A stretch of DNA of 64,000 bases from Haplodiscus bocki. Its lineage: Eukaryota. The notes under the pieces were generated by a model. It worked only from the letters and a program-made list of their open reading frames with translations. It did not search any database and had not been told where the DNA came from. Position numbers and translations under genes: made by a program. The DNA is taken from contig OZ296650.1 in the NCBI GenBank assembly GCA_965655095.1, positions 23,312,001 through 23,376,000 on the forward strand. Direction: 5' to 3'. Of this stretch, positions 40,447 to 53,873 are shown piece by piece (within the stretch, counting starts at the first letter, position 1; each line of letters begins with the position of its first letter).

Positions 40447-42940
40447 ATGCGTTAAAACCTTTTCAACTCGATGCGAAGGAATCGAAGTCTGCCCAGACCT
40501 CGGAGTACCAGCTTTTTGAACAAGCAAATTCGGATTCAAAATAAAACAAAAATGATGCCACTCAAGAGGTTTAGCAGTCGCTTTATGATCGTAATAGGAA
40601 GGATAACGGTGATAGGATTCAATGAGTGTCTTTTGCGGCATCTCAAAATTACGTATCATTGCATCCTGAAGTTCGTGGACAAAGCCTGACCTGCCGTCGA
40701 CTGCTTCAAAAGCCTTGCGGAAAAAAATGGAGATCGAGCGGTTTATAAGGTCCACGTCCCAGAAAAAGTGTACACGGACTAGAGCCAATGGAAGAGTGAT
40801 AGCTAGTATTATGAATAAACGTAGCTAACGGAACATACTTGTTCCAGTCGCTCGAATGTTCGTCCGTATTACATTGCAAAAGCCTGTTAAACATGGCATG
40901 TGAACGTTCAACAACGCCTATCGTCTGAGGGTGCTTCAGGGTAGCATGCTTTAAAATAAGTTCGAGCAACGTAGCCAACTCCTTCATTATGTCGGGCTTA
41001 AAGTTGGTACCAAGATCAGTCATCATAGTACGGGGAATGTAACTCTGCTGAAAAAAGAAGCAACAAATTCAAGTGCAACAGTATCAGCACTTGCGTTAGT
41101 CAGGTACTGCAAATAAATACTTGGTAAAACTTATACACTGTAAGAACGAACTTATACACCGCACTCGGTAGGGGTCCAACCAAATCTGCTTGGAACAAGT
41201 CACCCGGAAATGACTGTTGAGTAGCCAAAGACTCTAACGGTGGGCCAATTTGTTTGTCCGGTACACGGTTAAGCTGAAGACAAGTAAGGCAATCCTTGAT
41301 GAAATGAGCATGATGTTCGTTGGAATTAGGATAGTAAAACCGTTCGAGAAAGTTATGAGTCGTTCTAACTATGCCTAAATGGCCCGCAGTGGCGGACTTA
41401 TGAAGACGATAAATCGTTTTTTTTTCCATACAAGTTGTGGAACACAAAATTGTTCAACTTAAACCGCTCCTACGGCGTCAAAGAACTGACGGTAAAGAAC
41501 ACCATCTTTAACGACGGATCGATTGAAATGTTTGGCATACTTGCGCAAATTGGCAATAGCGTACTGTAAAGATGGAACAGAGCTAGTCACTTTCCAACGC
41601 AAAAACGTTTTGAATATCAGGATCTTTTTTGCTTGTTTCTGAACCATATTTATTTCCCCAAATTCGCTGGACGTTAAAAAGGAGTCCATCGAATCAGATT
41701 CCTGGACAATACTAACGCTAGGACTCTTTTGTGACAATTGGACAAAACCAACAACTGATGATTCATCTTCACACGGGATAGTCTTATGCTGTTGTAAATA
41801 AGCATCATAGACACCCAAGTCTTTCAACAGGGTTTCTGAGTGCTGGCCCAACGACTCTTCCGGGAGGAGCTCGTCGAAGGACGTGAAATGAGACATCGAA
41901 AGGTCAGGTTGTTTTGCTTTCCTTTCAATTCCAATTTCACGCACCACAATTTCATCAGTCAATTTGAATTCAAACTCTAATGATTGATCGTTTCCAGAAG
42001 GGACAAAAAAATCAGCGGCGTAGTTGGCACGGCCTGCAATGTGAGCAAATGTCGAATGGAAACAGAGAACCCCATGAAGACAATTCCACAACGAAGGCGG
42101 TACGGCCTTGGATTGAAAAAATCTCGTAGGACTTTTATCATCAGTCAAAATAATAACTGCTTTACTAGATTCACAAAGATAGTGAGCAAAAGCATCTAAC
42201 GCAACATAAAGTGCAAGAAATTCCTTGTAGTAAATAGGAACTTGAGTTGAGCGGTGTCAAACAAATGAGACCCAAATGAAACAGGATCATAGTTTTGCTT
42301 GCCCGAGGGTAAAACTTTCGTTTCATCCTCGACTATTAAAACGAATCCGGCTCCATGACAACTTGCGTCACAAAGTAGTACGTACTGTAAACCAGGTTTA
42401 GCTAACTGAAGAGTGATTTTGGTCGCATCAATGAAATGACGTTCAAGGACTTCAAGTGCTCCGACATGGGTTTCATCAACTTCAAGATAGGCCTCTAAAA
42501 ACAACTTATAAAACGGAATAGGTTTGGTTCCAAGATTCGGAATGAAGTTCCGGAAAAACTCAACAAAACCAATAGGAGGTCTCACCTGCTTTACCGTACG
42601 AGGAAGACAGATCTAGGACAAGAACTTCGTAAACTTCTCACTTTCAGGAGTAATACAGTGTTCGGAAATTACATTACCTAAAAATTTCATTGACGCAGTG
42701 GCAATTTCACATTTTTCGGGGACGAGTTTGAGACCTGAGCGACGAATCGGTGCAAAGATAGCATCAAGCGCAGGAATAAGTTCATCAAAAGATGAGATCT
42801 CGTGATATCGATTTCAGTTCGTTGTAAATCAGACAAAAATTATCGTCGTGTTCTTGAGTAACTTCCACAACAAAGTCAGTAAATGCTGATGCGTGTTGTT
42901 GTAATCTATCAATGTTTTCGGCAATCTGGCCTCCAGTATC
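40447..42940 (-). repeat. Duplicated env-fragment/RT-RH-IN segment, copy 2
   Basis: 40561-42940 is near-identical to 35367-37746 (offset 5194), and 40447-40564 matches 34594-34711. Confidence 0.95.
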
Positions 42941-43195
42941 TTTGTTCTTGGATTTCTTGAAGTTCGTTGATAACGAACCGTGTTCGTAATGCAGCAAGAC
43001 TCTGATCTAAGTCTGCTCTAACTGCTGCTGGTAATTGTTGAAAAAAACTAAGTGCGTTATTTGTAGAAAGTTTCCTTAATGCGGTCCAACAATTCCAGCT
43101 ACACCAATTACTGCTCTCAATAATTCTTCAAATTGGTTGAAATCTTCCTGCGTTTGCCCAGAAAAAGGTGTGACTGTGATATTCGCTTGTGCCAT
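42941..43195 (-). pseudogene. gag: Gag 5' fragment of family 2
   Basis: MAQANITVTPFSGQTQEDFNQFEELLR...FLQ/...NALSFFQQLPAAVRADLDQSLAALRTRF aligns with the family 1 Gag N-terminus. Confidence 0.8.
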
Positions 43196-44100
43196 ATTTT
43201 CTCACTTTTCACTTTGTCCATTTCGTTAACGTTTACTCTAGATAACTAGACTCTTTGATGACTTCAAAAAAACGCAAGTTTTGGACAGGATAAAATAACT
43301 GAGCATAAACCGGTTTCAATACACAGTTTTCCTTTCAGTCAAAATGTGTAAAAAGCGCTTATCCTGACAGTAGTGGTCCCTTAGCAATTCATTGGATAAA
43401 TTCGATGATAAGCACAACACAAGAAATGCTCCTGAAATTTCAATTTCGAGAAAAGCATATTTATATTGGAAGCAAAGTAGTTGGCGTGCATAGGAAAATT
43501 AGACTCAGGTGTACTCAAGAGAAAAGAAGTGACAGACATCCAGAAGAGTTTCAGATGGATTCAAGCAATTTGGTCAAAAGTAAGACCTGTGCAGTCCGAT
43601 TACTTTTCATTTAGTTCATCAAAACCTTTCTTGACATCTAATATGTCGAGATTAATGGAGGGGGACCAGGAACAACTTCAAAAGAATAACGTCTACAGCC
43701 ACTTCGGGAATAAGGTCTAAAGACAAGACATGCACATGTCGTATCTTAATGCATGGAATTTTAGACTTTATTCCCGACATGATTTTATTAGACGTTATAC
43801 TTGAGACGTTACTCCGCCCCACCATAATAGAGAAGTGGAAACCACTTTTAATTTTAGTGAAATAGCAGAGTTTGGAATGTATTTGATAAGTTTTTTTTTC
43901 TAGTGCCGTGACATTGGAGCACAAGTTTTCTCGATTTAGTAATATCGAGTTCACGCGTTCATTTGATGCGTTCCATGTGTTAAACACAGGCGAAGCGCGA
44001 CACTTCAACACTTGAAGACACTAGCGGAAACGCAGTACGAGTAAGAAGCGCCGTAATATTTCATTCGCTTGATATTTCAAATAAAAATACTCATTCTAAA

Positions 44101-44170
44101 GTGGCGATTGCACAGTTAGAAGAGCATGTGACTGTGTCGCGAAAGCTCCTGGGTTCGAGCCTCAGAAACT
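44101..44170 (+). repeat. tRNA-derived SINE-like head
   Basis: A-box-like tgcacagttag and B box GGTTCGAGCC at tRNA-like spacing. Confidence 0.45.
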
Positions 44171-47100
44171 CCCTTCTCTCTGATAAAATCCAGCAACTTT
44201 TGCGAGTGGTGAACGGATCGGGAAAAGAGCCACAGAAACCTGTGATATAACAGTTGCTTGCGGAAGTGTAAAAACCTCATAAACGAACGATTTGAATTAT
44301 TAAGATATACCAGTGAAATTGGATCAAGTTCACAATCTCACCCCAAATTGCCATGCTGTGGAGATAATCAACTAGGTTAGGCTGCCGTATTAAATTTCAT
44401 CTAGATTCTGCTGCGCGTGCTGTGGCGATTTTGAACTAGTTGCATCCTTGTGGATTGTGAACTTCATCCGTAAAATTCGGTAATCGCATTTCAATTCTGA
44501 AGAAAGCAACCAACCAAATCTACAGCTCTAATGAATTTTGCAGCAACCTATGCTTATTGTTTGCGATTCCGAAACGTTTCAGCAATTTGGAGACCCTCAA
44601 GTGGTTAGGAGATTTTTAACGAGAACGGAGGTCTGACTCTTTGTTTATCCAAAAAATTGCAAAACGATGAACGATCAAGCTGACTCAAAAAAGTGTTTTC
44701 CAAAATCTATTTGTCCTGATCCATTTACTACTCCTGGAACAACTTCAAATGGTAAAAACTGATTTTCTTGGAAGTTAGTAAAGTTGCGTGCACATTTATT
44801 AAAAAACTGGCTTCAAAAATCTGTCATAGAGGTCAATAAAAAAAGGTCAGCAGAACTAACCAACATTGCCTTTGACTGAGGGTGGTCCAGAAAACCCAAC
44901 TATAGCGACACATACAGATTTACTAGGAGCATATCCTTTAGAGGGACTGGCATTTGAGTTCTTCGTCATTACATATTAAGGTTCACGCCAATTACGCAAT
45001 CTTTAGCCCATTTGCATCTGAAAACGACCAAGTAGTAAATTCTACAAGTGTTCGCAAGATTCATCATGTTCTTACGAAACGTTCGTGAAGATATTGCATA
45101 GAAAAGAACAGAAAATTTTCGAGAAGCTAAAATCATTCCACCAGAGGAAAAGCGCAATTTCGTAACACATTCTCAGAGTAGACATCAAAGATCCTGGAAG
45201 GCAATTGAAACCATGATCGTAGATTTTGATTTTCAAAATTATGTCAGCTTTCAATCAGAAGTTTGTCCGAAACGGTCGAAATAAGACATACTTATCGAAG
45301 TCTCTCGCTACTAAAAACTTGATAAGCCAAACAAATCTTTTACTTACGCCACTTTGCAGCTGAATTTTCACAATAAACAACATGAAGATGAACAATTTAT
45401 CGCTAAAATTGTCTCATACTCAAAACATTGATGTCAAGCATCATTTAGTGCGATGTTTGTTGTTATATTTTGCTTTTCTTCTATCTGTAATTTTGAGAGG
45501 GGATGGCAAAAGAAAGTTTCGGATGCTACGTCGAGCAAAAACAGACCAGCCAAATTTGATTACCTAAATTTTTCGGCATTAAATTATTCAAGACACATCC
45601 GCATGCTGATTCGACCACGATCTGGGATGACACACACGGATTGATCTTTCGCCTTCAAATATTCATCGCAACTGCTGACAATCACAAACAGTAAAGATTT
45701 TGGTCAAGAGGGTCATGACACTACAACAAAAGTCTGTATCCACAGAGTCAATAATTGTTGTGTTCTCTAAAAAGGGTTATCAGAAGTCCGAAAATTAGTT
45801 CATATGCCAGTAGTAGGACTGAAAAGGATCCAAGTATCAGACGACAGAGGAGCGTCACACAGAATACCGAAGATTACACTTTACCTTAGAATTTTTTGAT
45901 GATATAAAATACTTCACTGCTGTGGTGTTGTAAAAAGAGCTCACATGAAGTGAAAATACATCTGAAAATCAGTTCTGACGAGTATTCCAATAGTTTTCAA
46001 TGTAAGTAATGAAAAATCAGTTTCCGTTAGCAGCATGAGCACATTAAAAATTGATGTCGTCCCGTTTGATCTACCTCATGATGTTGAACTGATAGGTTGT
46101 ATAGAGCAGTATTTTTATTCACGACCGGAATTATCTACGTGGGAAAAATTCCTATTTCACTTCTTACGATCTCCAAAACAAGCGAAAATTAGGCACGAGT
46201 TTTCTAATTGACTGGGAAGCGATGACAAAAAAAGCACAAAACATTGATCCATTAAAATTGGAGAGTAACATTGTTAAAATTGTCTTCCAGGGTACTAATT
46301 AGTATCAACCTTTTTCGAAACAAGGTTTAATCAGTTTCAAATTTTGAGCTAGTTTTCGGCAATGATGAATTCTTAATGCACGTCGTTTTCATGACTTAAC
46401 GCTTCGCGATCATGCCCACGGAGTTCAATTTCAGCTGATGACATTGAATGCAAACAGGGCACTTCTGAAACTTTTTCATTTTTGAATGTATCGAAGTATC
46501 TGCTGATTGAACGTCAACTTTGATCACGATAGTGCCGTGCCGAACAATAGCTCAAATGATTACTTTCCGAAAAAAAGTCTTAATCTCAGTTGCTGACTAG
46601 AATATAGGGTGACGACAGCCATCATATGACTTCAAATCCGTCGCGTCTGTGGAACCTACGTTTTTTTCCGCAAAATGAAAACGCAGCTATACAATTTTCA
46701 TAACTAGATTCCAAAGTCCACATTTTGAACTAGTTCGAGTATGGGAGGAAAAAAGACTCGCCTTTACTTGAACTTGGGCATCAATGCTTGTTCGGAAACA
46801 AAAACGCTTGCTGCGCAAGATCTGTCTCGTAGATTTGTTGGTAGTGCGTCATGACATGCGCACAATCCAGAAAAGCAAAAACATATGTTCAGCTACTGTG
46901 GGACACTACTGCTGTTTTGATGATGCCCTCTGATATTCGTTATTGTGAGTGAGGTTTTTTTAATTTACCACTGCAGGCGCTTTTCAGGCTCCAACAGCCC
47001 CGTAGGATAGAATTCAACTGTGTTAACTCTGAGGCTGCATGATGAAAAGATAGTAGTACTCGGAAAGTCAAACGGAGTCTCATCTCCTTCTTAAAAACGT

Positions 47101-47524
47101 CGAAAAGTACCCAAGAAATTTAGGAATTCCCATATCACTATCGATACAGAAAACACTGATTTGCTGAAGATGACTGCTAAGACTGAAGCGACTGTGTTAA
47201 AGTTGACACTTGTCCGTTGTATTGGAAACAGCATCTGTGTCCAAGCTTGTAGTAAAAGAAAGCAGAGACAGAACAACTCAAAGTGTGGTTGTAGAACTTG
47301 CCAATTTTCTTTAGTAACCACTTATTCAACCTGCTTTGTACCCATCAAGTCCTTTGAGACCATGAAGAGCTCCTGAAGTGATGTACGAAATCGGGTAACA
47401 AGGTTACGAATGCCTTTTGTATAACCTGAAACATCCGTTTTGCTTGCTGCAGTAGTGCTTGTTTGGTCCAGGCATCTACCAAAAAGTCTGGTTAATTCAC
47501 ATCCGAATTGTCACCTAAAGCATC

Positions 47525-47821
47525 TGTAATATTCTGATGAATATTTTATTTAGAAGCATGATTTTAATTTGATTAATTTTGAAAAACATGAAATCTTGGC
47601 GCTATTAAATTTCTTGGAGTTTAAAAGACAAGGAACCCTCCCCTTATCGGAAATAATAATATCCGGAGAAATAGACAACCAATAAACCAGTGGAAAAAAA
47701 ACAAACACCTAATATCCGCATGGAAATTAAATGTAAAGAAGAGATATTGAGTATAAACTTTTATTGAATTATAATTTACGCATGATGACAAAAAAATAGA
47801 TTGGATAATTTATAAAGCTGT

Positions 47822-47863
<42 letters not shown>

Positions 47864-48049
47864 CTTCGGGGATTGCTACTAAATAGTTGCCTGTATGCCT
47901 GAAATTAATTCTTAAAAGGCCTCAACAAAGTTTTCTTCCTCACACCACGCACTGAAGATAGCCACTAAAAAAATAAATCAAAGTCTTCCAACTAGTAGAG
48001 GACTGAAAACCATTTCCAAACAAAGGACAAAAACCCAAGGAATTTTACA
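47525..48049 (+). repeat. 5' LTR (525 bp) with internal (GA)n microsatellite
   Basis: Direct repeat of 58973-59482; TG...CA ends with 5-bp inverted termini. Confidence 0.97.
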
Positions 48050-48062
48050 TGGTGACAAGGAG
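48050..48062 (+). promoter_or_regulatory. Primer binding site (TGGTGACAAGGAG)
   Basis: TGG immediately follows the 5' LTR. It resembles tRNA-Ser(GCU)-type (TGGCGACGAGGA) or Trp-type (TGGTGAC) PBS; the tRNA cannot be determined here. Confidence 0.8.
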
Positions 48063-48091
48063 GAAGTGAGGAATACAACTATTCGAAAACG

Positions 48092-49243
48092 ATGGCAGCA
48101 GCAAATCCACAACCACATATTACTCTCTACCCATTCCGCGGAAAAGCAGATGAAAACTGGCCAGATTTCGAAAGTCTTCTCAAAAGTCTCATCAATGTTG
48201 GCAATATCCCAATTGCCAACCGACCCCAGTTTCTTCAACTTCACTTACTAGATCAAGCCCTGCAGTTCTTCAGAACATTGCCACAAGAAACCAGAGATAA
48301 ATTTGATGCAGCAATAACGGCACTGAGAAATCATTACTGCAACCCAAACCTTCGAGAACTCCACAAACTACAGCTTCACCACTTAAAATTTGACCACAAG
48401 CATGGTAGTCCAGAAGACTTCTTGGTACAAGTGCAGATAAAAGCAACACAAGCTTACCCAGACCCAGTGTTACCACCAATTCCGCCAGCTAACCCACCGA
48501 ATGAACAAGCAGAAATTGACAGAGTCCAGAACGCACAAGAGGCAAACCAAGCGGTACTAGAAAATGCAGTTAATGAGCGGAACAGGAGAATCAAGGAAAT
48601 CTTCACGAACGCCATGCCAAATTTTATCAAAAGAAAACTACTGGACCAAAATGAGGCAGCAACGGTGCAAGACCTTTGTACAGTTGCAAGACGCCAGATG
48701 GTATTCTTCGAACTTTGTCCAAGTGACGACTGGACGAGAGATGCCTTCAATGAGGTTAGTTCAACACTTTCCGAAAACTTAGTAGGGGCACTAACAAAAC
48801 TTACACAGCAACAAGATGAACTGAATCAGCAACAAACAGACTTATCTAATAGAATCAATTCACTGAACTTCCCAAGCCACCAAAATTCCAATACTAGTAA
48901 CAATGGTTTTAACCCCTCACAACGCGGCAATTACCGATTCAACAATCAACGAGGATTCAGAGGACAAGGATATGCCAACAACAGAGGACGAGGGCGCCTC
49001 AATAATAACAGAGGTTTTTTCAATGGTAATCAAAATCGTACGGACTACAGCTCCTATCCCAACTATAACTCACCTCACATCCAAGAAGCAAGCAACCAAG
49101 AGCATATAGCTGAAACTACATATTCCAAACAGATATGTTACATTTGTGGTTACCCAAACCACTATGCAAGAGATTGTAACAAACGGAGACCAGCCAATAG
49201 AAACCAACAAATACCATACCAAACCGCACCAAAAAACGAGTGA
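48092..49243 (+). CDS. gag: Gag (intact ORF, 383 aa) with RGG/N-rich region and one CCHC zinc knuckle
   Basis: CYICGYPNHYARDC knuckle, position right after the PBS, and a retrotransposon capsid-like N-terminus. Confidence 0.93.
   Translation: MAAANPQPHITLYPFRGKADENWPDFESLLKSLINVGNIPIANRPQFLQLHLLDQALQFFRTLPQETRDKFDAAITALRNHYCNPNLRELHKLQLHHLKFDHKHGSPEDFLVQVQIKATQAYPDPVLPPIPPANPPNEQAEIDRVQNAQEANQAVLENAVNERNRRIKEIFTNAMPNFIKRKLLDQNEAATVQDLCTVARRQMVFFELCPSDDWTRDAFNEVSSTLSENLVGALTKLTQQQDELNQQQTDLSNRINSLNFPSHQNSNTSNNGFNPSQRGNYRFNNQRGFRGQGYANNRGRGRLNNNRGFFNGNQNRTDYSSYPNYNSPHIQEASNQEHIAETTYSKQICYICGYPNHYARDCNKRRPANRNQQIPYQTAPKNE
49231..49237 (+). promoter_or_regulatory. -1 ribosomal frameshift slippery heptamer A-AAA-AAC (gag-pol)
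   Basis: In-frame X XXY YYZ heptamer one codon before the gag stop. The -1 frame stays open through ...SDVLSYVPLKFP towards the protease. Confidence 0.8.
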
Positions 49244-52200
49244 AGCCACGCCAGTGTGAAAAACAACGAGAGACGACGGATGAACCAAATGAAAAAACAG
49301 CATGCATTTCTCTTGAAAGTGATGTCCTATCGTATGTTCCACTGAAGTTTCCTATCAACCAACAAAAGAAGCACTGATAGATACTGGTGCCTGTGCAAAT
49401 GCGATCAGTGAAAATGACTACGAGGACCTGAAATCAACTTTCGGAACAACAGCAATCATCTCACAACCTTCTGAAGTCAATAAAGTAAAACTAGCTTCAG
49501 GACAACTTATACGTGTGCGTGGCCAAATCCAGCTCGAATTTGCAATAGCAAAAAACCATTTCAAAGAACAATTTTTAGTACTCCCAACAACGAATAGTAT
49601 TATTTTGGGAAACCCATTTTTCAAAAATAACTCCATTGAGCTCTACCCACGAGAAAATCTGATGAAATTACCAGACTTGACACTTCAGTTGAACGAAATA
49701 TCAACACAAACAGATAAAACTGGAAAACCCCAATACACTATCAGAACAATGGAAAAATGCGTCATTGCCCCCAACCAACAAACAACACTGAAATGCAATC
49801 TCCAAACAAAAAACAAACGACTTGCTGATGTATGTGGTATAGTCGAACCAAAAGTAAGTTTTGAAGAAAAAACAGGACTGTGCATCACTTCTTCATTATC
49901 ACGAACTGACTCTGAAGGAAACTTGTACTTATCTGCCTTAAACCTTCAAACCAATGAGATCACTATTCCCCGAATTTCGGACATTGCACTTTTTAAATTT
50001 CTCTCACCCCAACAAGCGGAAACATTGACCCCGATAGAGCCACAACTACTAACATTGGCCAAAGTCAAAAATCCAGACGACTTTGAGAAAGAAATCAACC
50101 AACTGATAATTGACGAAGAATTTAATGCAGATTCTCAACCACCTAGACCGAAACCCGACTACAAAAGATTCTGGTTCCCAACGCCAGAAACATGTAAGAA
50201 CCCCACAGCACTGAAAGGTGTTGAGAAGAGAATCTACAACGAACTAGAAAAGCTAAGGCAACTAGACAGTTTAGACCCACACATTAATGATGAACACCGT
50301 AACCAGTTTTTACAGAGATTCAAATGGAATGAATCTATACTTAAAGTGGATGAAAAACAGCAAGTTGAAGACTTACTGCTAAAATTTTCGGATATTTTTG
50401 CCAAACATAGATTTGATGTTGGATATAAATCCTAGATTTCGTTGAAGCTATACCCAGAACATGACCAACCGGTCTACACCCAAAGCCCACCAACGCCGAT
50501 CCACTTACGTGAAGAACTACAAGTAGAGCTTGCCCTCCTACAATTTTTCGGAATCATTACAAGCCTCAATCATTCAAAATACAGTAGCCCAATCTTTGCA
50601 CACCGCAAACCTAATGGAGAACTCAGAATTCTAGTGGATCTACGCCGAATCAATCACCTTCTCTTACATGATTATCATAACAACAATTTCCCGATTTCAT
50701 CAATGGCAGATACCACAGCACATTTCGCCGGAAAATCAATCTTTTGTAAATTAGATTGCTCTGAAGCCTACCATTTTGTACAAATGGCTGACCCTCTTTC
50801 GGTCCAGCTACTTGCATTTAATTTTGCTTCCCGAACTATGACTTACCAAAGACTAGCTAGAGGTCTGAACAGATCAGTTACAGGCTTCAGTGCTTTTGTG
50901 AGAAATTACTTAGAGCCATGTCTCTCAGCAAATATTTGCACACAGTTCATGGATGATATTAGATGCGGAGCGGAATCAGTTGAACATACCCAATTTACGA
51001 CTTATCTTCAAATGCTTACGCAGATCAGGACTCAAACTATCGCCAGAAAAATGTGTTTTTGGATCAGAAAAACTTAGTTTCCTTGGAAATGTCATAAGTA
51101 AAGAGGGCTTACGACCTGAAAAAGACAAAATCGAAAAGTTTCTGAGAAACCTTGAAATACCAAAATCAGTGAAACAAGTAAAACGGCTAATAGGTTTCCT
51201 ACAATTCTTCCGAAGCTTCATCCCGAACCTAAACGAACACCTCATACCCTTCTACAAACTTTTGCGCAAAAATGTCTCGTTCGAAATCACAGATGAAATC
51301 GAGAATGCATTTAAAGTACTACGAGAAAAACTCCAAACCACAACACAAACTCTTCGACTCGCCAAACCGGGACTGCAATACGCCATTCTTTGTGACGCTA
51401 GTTACCACTCCGGCGGGTTTGTACTAATGACAGAAGACTATGTCAAAAACAACAAAGGAGAAACTGTTAAATCTTATGCACCCGTCTCATTCGGATCTAA
51501 AGTTTTCAATACACGGCAACTAAAAATGTCAATATACTGCAAGGAATTCTTATCTCTTTACTTTGCCTTGGAAACGTTTTCTCATTTCATATGGGGAAGT
51601 GAAAAACCAGTACTCATACTGACTGACAACAAAAGTTTGACCAGATTTTTCCAAGCCAAAACAATTCCCCCATCACTTTGGAATTATGTTGACAGAGGTA
51701 CAGCATTCAACATAGTAGTAACACACATTCCAGGAAAAGCGAATGCAGCCGCAGATTTTGTATCTCGCTTGCAATCAAATCCAAACGAAACACTTGAATT
51801 GAAACTGACAGACAGAATCCCGATTAGAGAAATCGAAATAGACGTATGAGCACAACTACCGGATAATACCATCAATGAGCTCTTTGCAGATGACTTACCT
51901 GTAGACCTACTTCAAGTAGTAGATATAAACACATTGGTCACACTCAAACAATCTGGAAACTATGACCAGGCCGTACACCAGTTAAAGAATTTGACTTCAA
52001 ACGGTGAACTACGAATCACGAAATACAAGAAGAAAACAACAGAATTTAATGCAACTCAGCACAAAAACCCAATGGACGACTATCCCGAATTGGAAACAAC
52101 AATAGCTGACTTAAAACAGGAACAAAATTCTGACTCGGTGATCACAAAAGTGATCAAATGGTTGGAAAGTGATTCTGCACCTACAGCGAACATCTACTCT

Positions 52201-53873
52201 ACCGGAGAAGAACAAAAATACCTCAAACAGTTTCGACGATTATTTACAGAAGATGGAACACTTTACAGACGATACTACGCACACGATGGAAAAATGCTGT
52301 ACAAGCATTTGTGTGTACCAAAAACAATACTCAAAGAAGTTATGTACAGACTACACAACGCTCCAAATGGAGGACATTTGGGAATCACGCGGACCATCGA
52401 GGAATTCAGAAAACGTTTCTATTGCCCGAACTATATGAAATTAATTGCAGACTATATCAGAAACTGTTCCACATGCCTGCAAATGAAACAGGTACAACCC
52501 CAGAGACTAAAAACACCCTGCAACGGGTTTCGACATTGAAATCTTACCCAGGCGACCTTATGCAGATAGACATTCTGGGACCATTTCCATCGTCACCATA
52601 CAAATATGTGCTGACAGCTATTGACGTTCTCACTAAAAACCTTTTTGCAGTACCACTGACCACAATCAGTGCACTCTCAGTGGCAACCGCCCTAGTCTCC
52701 ATTATGTTCCAACACAGTTACATACCACAGGAAATACTCTCAGATTTAGGCACACAGTTTGTGTCTGAACTTTTCCATGAACTCACCAAACTACTTGAAA
52801 TCAAAATATCTCATGCATCATTGAAACACCCGCAAACAATAGGTGTCGTGGAAAGAGCACATGCAGCACTAACGCGAATTTTGAAACTAAATAGCAACCA
52901 CACCTTTACAAATTGGCATAAATACATAAACTTAGCAACATTCATCCATAACACATCTTATCATACCTCAATTGGATGCGCACCAACGGTGATCTTCCAT
53001 GGACGAGACCCGGTGAAGCCTTTGGATATTCGCTTCTACAGTAACTGTATCCAGAAATCAGCATTCAACTACGACTTTGTGGAATCACTGAGAGATGAAA
53101 TGTTGAAGAAATTCCAGAATACAAAAGAAAGTCTCGCGAAATCTTTAAACAGATATAGGAGATATTACGACCGAAAGGCAAGGGCAAATCCCCTCACAGA
53201 ACACACATATTGCTTATTGTTGAACCCTCGACTCACAGAACAATCAGCTTTCAGCCCTAAAACTATCCGGAAATGGCTTGCTCTGTATAGAGTGGAGAGA
53301 GTTTTAACCGCCGCTAATTATCTCATCAGAAAAACTGGAACGAATTATACACAAATTGTCCACCGAATTAGACTACGTCCAATCAAGCCTCAATATCAGG
53401 TAACAGACATAGAGGACATCAACCCTGAAAATTTTCAGACAGACCCAACACTGGGATGTTACAGAGGCGATCAGGACTTCTTTGACAACGGTCTCCCTTA
53501 TCTCCTGGATAATGACCAAGGGGCGCCGGAAAAGAAAATTCCGAATTTGGACAGCCCAGTTCGAGTCTCAATCTCTTTTGGAGCACAACCTCCACAACCA
53601 CTGCCAGCACAAATAGTCAATCAACCCGACGGCATGGCTGTGACAGCAGAACCGGCATCAATTCACCAAGCTCCTAGAGCTGAACAACCTAGAAGAATAC
53701 TTACACCACCACCGTACCCCACAGCTCAGTTGCCGGACTCTTCAGAAGAATCTGATGAATATGCGGAAAACAAAACAGCACCGAGACGCTCGACAAGGAT
53801 ACAAGAACAACAGACCAAACGGTTAGGTGAACGTGTTCTTGAAGTGGCAGGACAACAACTCCAACAACCCTGA
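49238..53873 (+). pseudogene. pol: Pol (protease, RT, RNase H, integrase) with frameshifts and stops
   Basis: PR ALIDTGA (49371); RT YSSPIF...LRILVDLRRIN...KLDCSEAY...FMDD; RH CDAS...LTDNKSL...GKANAAADFVSR; IN H..GH.G...C..C, DDE core and GPY/F-like LYRV...VHRIRLRP. Lesions: frameshifts near 49360, 50985 and 52515; stops at 50433, 51847 and 53871. Confidence 0.95.

Larger units (their letters stand above)
34594..43195 (-). mobile_element. Rearranged relic of a second, related env-containing Gypsy family (no LTRs seen)
   Basis: gag start MAQANITVTPFSGQ at 43195; RT end/RNase H (LAKPGLQYVLLCDAS); integrase (GHLGIVRT, LKHPQTIGVVERSH); env with RQKR/GLPGAAV. All are clearly homologous to the 47.5-59.5 kb element but divergent. 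Confidence 0.9.

Noticed and set aside
47829-47861. (GA)n tract as an independent feature
   Set aside because: It is part of the LTR; its length difference between LTRs is ordinary slippage.
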